Source of the DNA: Gnetum montanum
Lineage: Eukaryota; Plantae; Gnetophyta
Assembly: GCA_015680685.1 (NCBI GenBank)
Contig: MNCI01000326.1
Span: 6,414-70,413, forward strand
Direction of reading: 5' to 3'
DNA: 64,000 bases
The notes beneath the pieces are model-generated. The model was given only the letters and a program-made list of their open reading frames with translations, did not search any database and was not told where the DNA came from. The translations under genes and the position numbers were made by a program. This document shows positions 27,178 through 39,093 of this stretch, one piece after another. How positions within the stretch are numbered: position 1 is the first letter of the stretch; each line of letters begins with the position of its first letter.

Positions 27178-28620
27178 AGGGATATCATTCTTGTTAAAAT
27201 GAACATTTCCAACATTTTCAAAAATTTTACCCCAATCACAAGAAGAGTGAGCATGATAAAGTTAGTACTCGGCTATGGTACAAAATGACCAGTGATTTTT
27301 TCTTTTACTACTAAGATGGAAACCAAGAACAAGGTGTCCCATTAATCATCGAGTTGCAATCACCTTGGATTCTCAAAAAGATGATAGCTCTAAATTAATA
27401 TAGTATCTTTACAATGGATTTCACTTTTAACACTAAGAAATATGGTGTAAGTTTAAATAATAGGTTCTATTATTCCATTTTAAAAAATTTTGATGTTATA
27501 ATGGAGTAAGACTTTATCTTATTATAAATGTGTGGTTGTCTTTGCAGTCTCATATTCACATAGTAATGGCTTTTGATTCATAATATAATATACTTCTATT
27601 TGCAAAGGTGATCTCCTCATGGTGCACCAAAACTAATATCACAAGTTAGCTTTCAGAGCTACTTCAAAGAGGCAAGGCTAAGGAGCCTAATTGGACAATG
27701 AATTATTTCATGCTAGATGACTCAAAGGTAGAAATGAATGTAGTAAGATAAATTTAAAGTCATTCAAAAACATATTGGAAATTATGCTACCTTAGTTTGA
27801 TATATTTTAACATGTGGTAAAATTTGATGATTTATTAGGTCTATTTTTGGAAGGAATATTTTTCTATGCATTTGGCATGTTTAGAGGGCATGGAGAAAGA
27901 ACTTGACTACCAAAGTTGGAGATTACAATCATCTCCAAAGAAATGGATGATCATCTTAATCATATTATAAATGATTGTCAAACTATTATAGATGTTGTTG
28001 TGCAAATAAATAAATTTGTTCAAAGAGTTCAAGAGAACTTAGGTTGCATTAAATACTTAAAACATCAGTGATTAAATGGAGACAAATTTAGTTTGTTTAT
28101 ATTCCTTATTATCATTACATAAAAGTTCATATTCATAGTCATGAACTCTTTGCCCATTCTTTTATTATTGATTTTTGTCTTTGATCATATGTTGATAGGA
28201 ATGTCAGCTAAAGCATTCTATGATATTTCCCATGCACAACAACATATGAACAATGTTGTTGAGTCATTTCAAGGATTTCTTAAAGGGAAATTTTTAAGCG
28301 ATATATGAAATTGGAAATATCAATTGATCGATTCTCTTCTATGCAGCTTGACAAAGGTACAACTATATTATTGGAACAATTCAAGAATTAGAGCTATAGG
28401 ATATTTGGTAAATAAGAAAGATAAATATTTTAATAAGAAGTTCTCGGAAAAGGCTTTACAAATATCTATTGTTGACTATGTCCAATTCATGAAAATGATC
28501 TTTCCTTGGTCATTTTTGCAAGCACTCAATGAAAGTTCTTGTTAAGGTGAAGGGTCTTATTAATGCATTCAAGTTCTTCTTCCAAGATGAGTTTTATAAT
28601 TTTTGTATGCATGTGGAACT
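27178..28620 (+). pseudogene. Catalytic part of degenerate MULE/SWIM transposase, with introns
   Basis: PLIIELQSPW..KM, TMDFTFNTKKYG, GT-AG intron 27447-27547, NYFMLDDSKVEMN, IFLCIWHV*RAWRKNL, HAQQHMNNVVESFQGFLK, LIDSLL...YYW. Confidence 0.82.
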
Positions 28621-31425
28621 AAATTGATTCCAACCACATTAGTTCCCTGGCTAGGAAGATGCTTCAAGACCTAGAATGACATTGGAGACATTGGGATCAA
28701 CTAGCCAAACGTCTATCACTAATGAGCTCAACATGGTGGACAATATAAACTAGCAAATGGAGCTAGACAAAGATAGTGCAAATGCATAGTGAAAAACTAA
28801 ACTTTCTAACCTCAACAAGACATTGACAAAATTGGTGAAGACATTGCCTATAGACAAGAAGAGTATTTTAGAAACAAAAAAACATGTGAAATTTTTGGAA
28901 TCAAAGTTTTTGTTTTGAAGTAATGTAGATGGATTAGTGAGCGAAAAAAGATTGTCTGGTTGAAATAGTCCTTACAAAACTACTACAAAAAAGCTTTCTA
29001 ACCATAATTATGTAAGAAAATTTTTTATAGAAGGTAATAATAGTATTTCATTGGTTATCTATGATTATTAAAATAATGTACATTGTGTTCTATTTTATTT
29101 AATCTCTTTTCTTTTGCTTGTAGATTGGAGTGAAGAAGGTCAAGAGAAACATGGCTAGTCCTTTGATCCTCTATCTACCTTGAACTAGTAGCTCATTTGA
29201 TGACATTCTTGTGAATGTGTCTTTTTTTTAACATCCTTGAATAAGAAACTAAAATTGGAAGATATCATGTAATTATTGTAGATTACTAGACAACTTGTTT
29301 GTTACACTCTTCTGTTGGATCAAACTATGTTTTCTATGTCTTAAGAAGTTATTTAAAGATTACATGTTGTATATGTGTTGCATATGTGAATGTGGTGTAT
29401 TTTAATTACATTTTTGACAATGATTCCTATGTTTCTCCATCAACTTTGATACCTTTAATTTCATAAAAGTAGGAAATAGTGAAAGAACCCTTCATATACA
29501 TCACTATAACTATCAAACAACAATAACTATGGAAAGACCTTCCAAGTACATCACTGTAACTATTGTTATCATTTATCTCTAACTTAATATTTTGTTTCAT
29601 TGCTATATTTAAACCACTACTATGTTAAAAAATGATTCATAATTGATGCATTTGTTAAATTCATAATTCTAATTATTGAGTGAAAAAGAGTACAAGAACA
29701 TGCAAGAACCATGAGCTCGCATTATTTTGTTCAAAACATGTGTGAACACTCGTAGGTTACCAAAGTATTTAGTTTTTGATGTCATGAAAATCGCTATTAT
29801 ATCACATAAAAATATTCTGAGGCACTGATACTTGTAGTACAATTATGCAAGTACATGCAAGATGCATATATTTATAGTGCCAACATTTATAGAAAGAAAG
29901 TTTCCATAGTGCATCTCAATGATAGTCATAGAACCTCTTTGAAATTGTATTTTTCACCTTTAACTATGACTTGCAAATTATTTGATTAAAGTGAAACATG
30001 CAGCAAAATATGCAACTCACATCTTTGATAGTAAAGAACAAGTAGTAGTTAAATATACAACTAGCATACTTCACAGTAAAGTATGTGTAGCAATTTAATA
30101 TATGGTTCACATCCCTGACAAAAATGTGCAAGTTTCAAGTAAATATGCATCTTGCATATTTAACATGAAATTATGAGAAGTAGTATTACATGCATCTCTT
30201 AATTTTTATTATTATGTGCCTTTCATACATTCACATCACAAGTTGAAAGCTAAGAATAAAAAAATTACTATGACCTGAGGTACTTGCCATTGGCATTTTC
30301 TATTTTGACTTTCACCATAGAGCTCAAAGAGTGGAAGAATAGAAACATTACAGAAGGCCACAAAGCAGGGTAAGGAAGGGATGAAGGAGGATTAGAACTC
30401 ATGATTTCTCTTAAAAGGTTATGATTTTGGAAAAGTAATTAGTAATGACTAGGAGAATAAGTAAAACCAAATCACAATCCTATATTTCATTGATTTTTAT
30501 TACACTAAGGTTTTCTATGAGAGTATACAATGAAGAAATTTGTCAATCCAACATTTTATTTAATTTCTTGCTTCAGTACAGTTTTTGTATCTTGAGTGTA
30601 ATGGAAATTTCTTAATGTGTAGTTGATCCATCAAGTGAGAAAATATACATGCAAGGAAAATTCCTCAAGAGAATACAACTACTAGATTATATTTCTCTAG
30701 AAAGATTCATTACATTATTTTTGTTGTACCTTGTTTGAAAATTGTATGCAAATTCTACCTCTCAAAATCTACCTTGTTTTTGCTACTATTTATGTTATGT
30801 ATGAGATATTATCTTTTTTCTATTTTAAATATTTTAAGTGTCAAGGAAATCAAATTAAAATTCTAAGGTTAAGGGATAATCTACCCACCTCTTAACTTTA
30901 TTATGGCCTTTCCATTATAAGTCTCATCTTTGACATTTATTTATACTATTGTTGTTGTTGTACCTTTCTCAACTAATACTTGTTTGATGGCTTTTTATAC
31001 TTTTATATTCATAATAACTAGGATAACATACCTTTTAAGTTTGAATATTAGTTGTTGATGAATAGGAAAATTCATCACCTTCATTTTGTAGGATTAGAAT
31101 CTTCTAAGAAATATCTTAAGTGCTCTTGAATCAAGTATAAAATTATAGACTATAATTTCCTTTAGCTCCACATTTATTTTCAATTATATCATGGCTTCAA
31201 AGGAAACTTGAGTATCATTATAGGCCCCTATGTAAGTTTTTTGTGTAACATTAGTTTGGTTTAAAAGGAGTAAGACTTGAACAAAAGATTTCGTAATGGG
31301 CACCATCTTTGATCTTTTGTCCAACATGATCCTCTTGATGAAATTACTTATATGTACTATTATTTTTACATCCTCATTGCTTCTTTTGCAGTTATCTTTA
31401 AGTCTTCATTTCTAAATAGAATTCC

Positions 31426-31509
31426 TAGGAATTCAAGGTAATTTCTTGCTAATATTTGTTTGAATTTAGTAGGAATTCAAGGTAATTTCTTGCTAATATT
31501 TGTTTGAAT
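31426..31509. repeat. Exact 40-bp tandem duplication (period 44)
   Basis: taggaattcaaggtaatttcttgctaatatttgtttgaat x2. Confidence 0.9.
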
Positions 31510-33169
31510 ATATCGTTGAATGAATTCATATGCTAAGCTGAAGAAATTAGTAAGTCATGCAAACTCAATTTAAAGGATGATTTCTTTAGATGATTTAGGA
31601 CTTGACATTTAAAATATTTTAATGGATCTGTAGTCTATATAATTATTTATCTTTTTGTTTGCCTATTTTATGAATTTTCTTCTCTTTGACCTTTTATACC
31701 TTTAAGTAGATGGACAAGTAATTATCCTTTCTAGAAAAACAAGATACAACAAAAAAATGGTAATTATACATTGTTTGAAAACTATTTTTCCCTTTTATAC
31801 TTGCAAATTATGAAGATTAGAAACAATAACTAAAGTTCAATGATGAGGCAAACCTATCAATTCTAATAAAAAAATATAGGAAATTCATCCATATATGCAT
31901 TCACAAACATCAAACCCTTGAAACATGGATAAAATATCATATATTATGATTATGCAACCAAAACATGAAATGAAACATGTAAATTCTAAGAGAAAATGAG
32001 GGACTTAAATTTGAGAGCCCCAATTATAAGAAATTTATGAGAAATTTTGATAATCACTGTATGAGAAATGGTTATGAAAAAATATGCTAGAGAACCAAAA
32101 GAGGATTTAACTCTAGTGTGAATTCAAGTACTGAAGTGAGGAAAAGCTTTCATTTACTTTAGAACTCAAGCATTTTCAATGAGCAGGGTATACTTGTATT
32201 TATTCCTAAGGAGATGAAAGACCTTTGCCATATTTTCCATGCTCACATATGAATGATCATTAATCCCCTCTTTCTTTTGTTGGATATGCTCTCTTTCCTA
32301 TGTTTTTCATCATAACAAACATGAAAATACATTACTTATAACTACCTAGAACTTATCTTTCTACTTCAGTCAACTTCTAATGACTTATACCATAACATGT
32401 CATGAGTCTAACAAATATAAAGTGAAGAAACATGAAAATGCTGAAAATAAGATAGGCATATAGTCCAATTGTACTTAACATAGGAAACCATGATACAAAA
32501 ATAAATATTTTTACATAATAGTATTAAGGGAACCATAATTTATAGGTATGGTAACATGCTTCTTTCTCAATTTAGAAGATATTGATTTAGACTTGAGCAT
32601 AGGTACTTGAAAGGAGGTTAGAATTTTTCTCATCTATTAATACTCCTAGAAGCCCACTCTGCAATATGAGAATTTAGGCTTTGGATAATGATTCTTGATC
32701 CCTTAGAGTTAAGGAAAGACTTAAAAAGAAAACTATTTAAAAATTCCAATTTCTCACTATTTGAAATGCACAATTATTAAAGTACAAACAAGATTTTTAA
32801 TTTTGCAATAATTAAAGAATTCAAAATGAATACCACATTTTCCAACAACACCATGCATTTAAGCACATTAGAGAGGTATTTTCATTACATTATTTTTTCT
32901 ATAAAATACCTTGTTTGAAAATTATAGCAAGATTATAATAAGAACTAGAGAATAAATAAAAAATAATTCATATTTTAATTACAATATTATATTTTAGAAG
33001 AACTTGGATACTTTTCTTAAGTTTTTTCTTCTTTAAAGGTACAATTGAGATACCGTTGGTAAATCATAGATTCTATAATAGTTACACATTTTGGAAATTG
33101 TCTATCTTTAAATCTTGTTAGCCAAAAATGATGTAGTTGTTAACAGTGGTGCTATACTATACTTTTGTG

Positions 33170-34870
33170 TTCTTAGAGAGGAATGTCATCATAAGTAGAT
33201 AATAAGAGGAGATCTAGCAAAGTGTAGGAGTAAGAAGAGAGAAGACAGGCATAGGTTAGACATTAGCTAAGCTCTCAAGATATTGCATGGGATACTACTA
33301 GAGAGTAAGAGGAATATTGACATGCTCAAGAGAGAATAGCATGAAAGGTGTGGCAAAAAAGTGAGGTGAAACTCATATCAGTCCCCTTGCTAAGTTTAAG
33401 AAACTTTCATTCCTTACTATAGCTAGTTTGACCAAAGATGCCCACCATGCTTGTTCAACATTGTCTAGAGTTCATCATCACTAGAGGTCCTAAATGTTAT
33501 GAGGAGGAGGCATGTTGATTTTATGTGGCACATCATTGAGGATTACCTTGATTGAAGGTGGTCCAAATTGATGATTCCACTTTTACACTAACAAAGAAGA
33601 TTTGAAAATTTTATGCTTTTTGTAGTTTTTGATCCACAAGTAGATGCCTCTACACCTAAGTTTCACATGAAACCATGGGTGGAGGTACTAGACAAGATGG
33701 AGTGCATGCATGAAGTGGCTAAGGAAATCATTGATTGGCTATAACAAGATGCACTAGAGATCAGCAAGAACTATGTTTTATTTACCTTAGTTATTTTTTC
33801 ATGTTGTAGAGGTATATTTGGTTGTGAATTATGCGTATGGTTGTACTTATGGTCATAAGTTGTTTACAATTCCATCAATACTATGGGACCTAACCTGAGA
33901 CATGGAGTTTGACTTCTTGCTAAAGCTTCCCTCTAATGTTCAAAATGTACCCCCTAAATATATACAAAATTACCAATGATCTTATAATTTCATGCATAAA
34001 AACTTCATGGGAGTTCCAAAGGTCCAACGAATTGCTATGGAAGCAAGTTGTGGCCTTGAGGAAGGAGATCAAGTAGTAGGTTGAGACAATTAAGGATCTT
34101 CAAGATTACAAGGCCTTTGTGGAAGCCCAAGTGGCTAACTTAGAAAGCATATGAACCAAAGAGATCATGTGGGCCTGGTAGTGGAACCTCATTCATGACA
34201 AGGTGGCACTTTCTCGGGATATGTTGGAGTAGTGGATGTACATGAATCTCATCTCCTGAAAGGCCAAAGATTGAAAAAACTATTGTACCTACATCCTAGA
34301 ATGGGGCTAGATAAAAAAGGATCATAAGAGAAAATAAAAGGCTAATTAGGAGGCATACCTTAAGTGGCTTAAGGAGGAAATGACTAAACAGTGGAAGAGA
34401 GAGTTGTTCATTTAGGGGATTTAGGCTGAGAATACTTACAAGCTCTTTAATGCACTCTCACAATAACCAAATCTTCTACTTCTAAGATCACCACAACTAT
34501 GAGTGAGAATTCTAAGGCTATAGTATCATGGGACCTACCTAATTGGACCAAATTGGACCCAACAAACATCCTCACAAGTGTTAATTTTGGGGATGTTAAC
34601 TAGTCCAACACGATGAAAGACTAGACCCTCCATCGTTTGGAGACTGGTCTTTAACATCTACCCCAAGAGTTCATCAAGTTAGATTCCCCACAAGCTTAAT
34701 GACATTTAAGTCTTTAATTTTAATTTTTTTAAATTATAATTTTGGTTGTTGGTTACTGATCAATCTTATGTTATTGTGTCACAAGAACTAGGTAATGTCA
34801 GTGGCCCTAGCAGCAATGTTGATGATGATGTTCTTCCACTTCCTCCTATAAATGTACCTTAGTGCTACTG
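33170..34870 (+). pseudogene. Antisense accessory ORF remnant of element FG (weakly PMD-like, plus coiled-coil)
   Basis: Coding-like tract. Its 3' end (34615-34830) is homologous to 55635-55820 in E. PMD-like motifs are seen only by eye. Confidence 0.45.
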
Positions 34871-35230
34871 GATGTCTATTGTGATATTCTTTATTTTTCA
34901 TTTTGATTTTTTTTATGTTGTATGGCCACTGTCGGCCAATGTTTCAATTGGAGATAGTTTTAAACTTCTTGTTCATTGTTTGAACATTTTTGCCACACAG
35001 TGTTCCTATGGCTATGTATGTTTAAACATTCTAAATTTTATGTTTTAGTTTAGTTTTAGCTGTATATTTTTAATGTTCGAGATTTATCATGAATTTACTA
35101 TTTTTAATTTGTAAGGTTATAAATATTGTATATAACTATGTTATAGTTGGCTACTTTGGTTATATTAGCTATAAGTATTGAAAATGGCTAGGCTATAAGG
35201 AAATAAACAACCATAGTGTAGGGATTACTC

Positions 35231-35340
35231 GCTAGTTTTAGGCCATGGCAAGCCATGTGTTGTGCAATTGTAAAAGGATTTTGCAAGTTTTAGGCCATGG
35301 AAAGCCCTATGATGTTGCCAATTTTAGGCCATGAAAAGCC
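35231..35340. repeat. About 3 copies of the gttttaggccatgg..agcc motif
   Basis: Homologous to the array at 56155-56383. Confidence 0.7.
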
Positions 35341-35640
35341 CAATTTACAAGGAAAGGTATATTTTTGTTTGTTTTATGTTCTAAAATTTTTATGGTTTTT
35401 CTAATTTATAATTTTTATGACATTTTTGCAATTTAAATCATGCTAACAAGGGAAAAGAAAGAAATAAAAGGGATTTAATAAATAAAACAAAAGTAAATCC
35501 TTAGACTACTTGAAAAAAAGGTTAAAATAAAGAAGGTATAAATGTATAAACAGTTAACAAGAAAATCTAGGGTAACTAGCTATAAATACAAATGGTTACA
35601 ATGTCATAGGGGCATAGGGTGAAAGGATCAGGCATGTACA

Positions 35641-37150
35641 TTACTTATGCAAATGCTTCCTAATCTTTGAGATATTAGGAAATATGTATGGCCTATTTTG
35701 CATACATTTTTACTCCCCATTTCCTTCACTATTGATGTTGAAGGGAAACTCTACCTATAGTGTTTCCCATGGCCCATTATTATCATTTGTATCCTTTTCA
35801 ACTTCCTTTGGTTTTTTCATTTTTTGGTTGGAAGTTCCTTCCTAAAACTCCAGTTTAGACCCCTACTCTATGTCTACATTGTTAAAAATCAAGGAAATCA
35901 CATTGTCATCATGAATGATGATTTCACCTCCCTCATAAGGATGGTTAATTTCTTGGTGAATGGGTGAGGATATGGCTAACAGTTGAGCCAACCAAGGTCT
36001 TCCAAGGATGAGGTTGAACCCTAGCATTTCCTCTATCACCAAGAAATCCATAGTTATGGGGAATTACTCCCCTATCACAAAGTCTAAGGAGATAGACCTC
36101 TTAATAGAAACCTATGATCTGTTAAAGGACTTGAGAGGTAATTTTTTTGTATGTTGTATCTACTTTGTCAAGCCAAAATATTCAACTATGATACATGACA
36201 TGATGTTTTTCGCAACCCCATCATCCTCATGAACTTGATGAACTTTATACTACCCTATCCATATCATGATTTAAAGAGGAACCTTGGTTACTTCACCATT
36301 TTGAGGATTGGTTTTAATTTTACTATCATGAAATACTGGTGATGTTGACTTTTTCTCCTTAGAGAAAGAATGCACCATCACTACATGGATGGATTTTTCA
36401 TTAGTGGGAATGTCCTTGCTAATAGGGATAGAGGTCAACATCTTTACTAGTACTTCATGATGTCTAGCAAAAATCATGATCAAGTAATATAAGCTTAAGG
36501 TTGTATCTTCTTGTTTAAGATACAACTTGACTTGCTCCATCATACTTAGGAAGTTTTTGTTCTTGGCCATGGGCTTATCACCCTAGTTGTGCTTAACTTC
36601 CTTCATGCACCCCAAAATGTGTACTTCAGTTTTAGGTTGTTGTGGCTTTTTCTTTTCTCCTCTTCCTTGGCTCTTAGATTCCTCCCATGGTTTGCTTGTT
36701 GAAGTAGCCTGGATTGTGGAAATCATGTGTACTAAAAATATGAGAGTATACTTCGATGGATCTACTTTCTTATATGCCTTAACCTACTTGTCATCCTTGT
36801 TGCTAGGATTTTGATTAAGCTTCTTCCTCTGCATGGTTGAGGTCTTTTCACTATCATTGGTTGTTTTAGAGGAAGAGGCTATAGCATTAGCTACCACATG
36901 GGGTTGTTCTAAAATTATAAGGGTTGAATCCATTGTAATGGGTTGGGGAATCCTAATGAAAAAAGGCTTCTTTAGGAATGTTAAATGTGGTATCCTTACA
37001 ACAAAAGGGGACCTTGAGCTAGTGGAAGGCAAAGAGCCCATTTCATTGTAAAGGGGTACTTGACCGACAAATGGTTTCCTTGTGGGCCTTCTATTTTCAT
37101 CAACATTAAATGCTAATATGATGTATGAACTATTGTTTGCATTCAACAGG
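35641..37150 (-). pseudogene. Element FG, left arm: gag C-terminus and protease
   Basis: KPF..VP repeats; protease FNLILGRPWL..IHQE; ends RKHLHK*; homologous to E 56565-58070 and D 40860-42060. Confidence 0.85.
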
Positions 37151-38748
37151 TGAAACACCACAAAATTCTGAGCTTAGTACTTCTCCAACAAGAATCGAGC
37201 TAAGTCATGATGCTCCCCAGCATGACTGAAGCTTGAGGGCCTCACAGACAGCTTCAAGTAGAGTCAAACTCAATAAGAAATGGTTCCATAGGATCCAAAG
37301 AAGACTACAATGACATCTGGCATCAAACTTGCCAAATCTTGAGCTCAAAATACTTGGTTTTCACTAAGTATGTATACTGTACGTTGGCCTATACATGCCC
37401 AGCATATAGCAACTTTTGGGATCCAAAAATGAGTCAAAACATGACAACATTGAGTGTCTGGACCCCCCAGGACCTTTCCCAAGGTCCCCAGCAGCTCTCA
37501 GGCACCCGAAAATCAAGTTTCAATCTTAAAATAATGCACTTCCATGACCTGTACGCTGAGCATACGTACTTTGCACGCCCAGCGTGCAGCCTAGCATACA
37601 CCACCAGAAATAGCCCAAAACAGGCACCAAATAGTGATATTTTCATCTAAAATTAACTCCTGGAGGTAGGGTAACTATTGGGCATCATCACAGGCACCCA
37701 AAAATCAAGTTTTGACCTTAAAATGAAGCATTTTCATCTATGTATGCTGGGTACATTTTTGGTGTACGCTGGCATGTTGTACGCTGGCATCCTGTATGCT
37801 GGCATGCTGTACACTAGCATTCTGTTCGCTGGCATGCTGTACGTTGGAATCCTGTACGCTGGCATGTTGTACGATGGCATCCTATATGCTGGCATGTTGT
37901 ACACTGGCATGATGTTCACTGGCATGCTGTACGCTAGCATGCTGTACGCTGGCATGTTGTACGCTAGCATGTTGTACGCTGGCATCCTATACGCTGGCAT
38001 CCTGTATGCTGGCATGCTATATGCTGGAATCCTATACACTGGCATGTAGCACACTATATAATTGTAACATATCTTGCACTCGGTCAATGCACCACTTTTG
38101 TCTCGATCTAAATTTTTCTCACCTTACAGCCACTCATCTCCTTCCAGATCCGAATCTAATGCCCAAGATCTCATAAAAACACAAAATTTTTCACTAGATG
38201 AAGGGGGAAATTTTGGAGAAAAACTAGAGATAGAATAAAGAACCAGAGACACTGAGAAACCAGAGCAAAACCCTGTATGCTGGACCTCAACCCTACACGC
38301 TGAGCGTACAGCCTTCACATTGTACCTACAAGACAAACCAGCACACCATCATCCCTCTGCATCACCGGGGATCTTCGCCTGCCTTGTTTTAGACCCACAA
38401 CTACGTCTAGACTGGTGCATTGTAATTTTTATTATGCAATACTATTACTGCATTTTTGGCCAAGATTTGTTACAGTTTTCGTTCGTTCTTGTGTGCTTAC
38501 TGTTTACATTCTTGTATGTTTACGCTCGGTTTTACATCTGTTATGCCGTTTACATATAACCCAGCGTATAGAATATTAGTGTACATTCGGGGAAATCCTT
38601 GTCTGATCCACATGCAGACCATTCAAGGTACTCTGCCTTCGTTAATTCCAACTTGCCCTCAAGTGAAGGTAGGGTCTTCTGTGCTTGTCCGGGAATCTCC
38701 TGGTTTCTATTTCATTCCAGCTGGAGATTGATGATTTCGGATAGTACA
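37151..38748 (+). repeat. Element D 5' LTR
   Basis: Repeat of 43929-45812; 16 differences in the first 230 bp. Confidence 0.93.
37762..38047 (+). repeat. 15-bp minisatellite (CTGTACGCTGGCATG) x19 in D 5' LTR
   Basis: Direct reading of the sequence; produces the LYAGM pseudo-ORFs. Confidence 0.95.
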
Positions 38749-38753
38749 GAAAA

Positions 38754-38770
38754 TGACACTAGAAGGATGG
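38754..38770 (+). other. PBS of D (tRNA-Asn type)
   Basis: TGACACTAGAAGGATGG vs TGGCGCTAGAAGGAGGG (14/17). Confidence 0.75.
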
Positions 38771-38823
38771 CCTGACTTATTTTTTGTTTAATCGAAACAT
38801 TGATCATGTTACCTATTCAAATG

Positions 38824-38995
38824 CAGTGTTCATGCTGCTATAGTCTTTACGCTGCTACAGTGTTCACGCTGTTACAGTGCTTCACGCTGCTACAGTGTTT
38901 ATGCTGCTATAGGGTTTACGCTGCTACAGTGTTCACGCTGCTACACTGTTTACACTGCTATAGTGTTCACGCTGCTACAGTACTACTACAGTGTT
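38824..38995 (+). repeat. 17-bp tandem repeat (CAGTGTTCACGCTGCTA) x~9.5 in the D leader
   Basis: Direct reading of the sequence. Confidence 0.92.
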
Positions 38996-39093
38996 TTTTC
39001 AACAAAAACACACAAAACACATCCGTTTTAAAGCCAAATTCACCGAAATTTGCACCTAACATCAAGCCGGTCTAAGTACTGACTACCACCAAC

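Noticed and set aside
30270-30420. Possible host exon ending CAGG|GTAAGG
   Set aside because: No recognisable peptide or supporting neighbouring exons.
38054-38061. TATA box in D 5' LTR
   Set aside because: The 3' LTR has ttgtacaa at this position; the TATA-like string probably arose by deamination of a repeat unit.
37678-38087. LYAGM / MPAYR repeat ORFs (also 44669-45194)
   Set aside because: Translations of the 15-bp LTR minisatellite, open in several frames on both strands.
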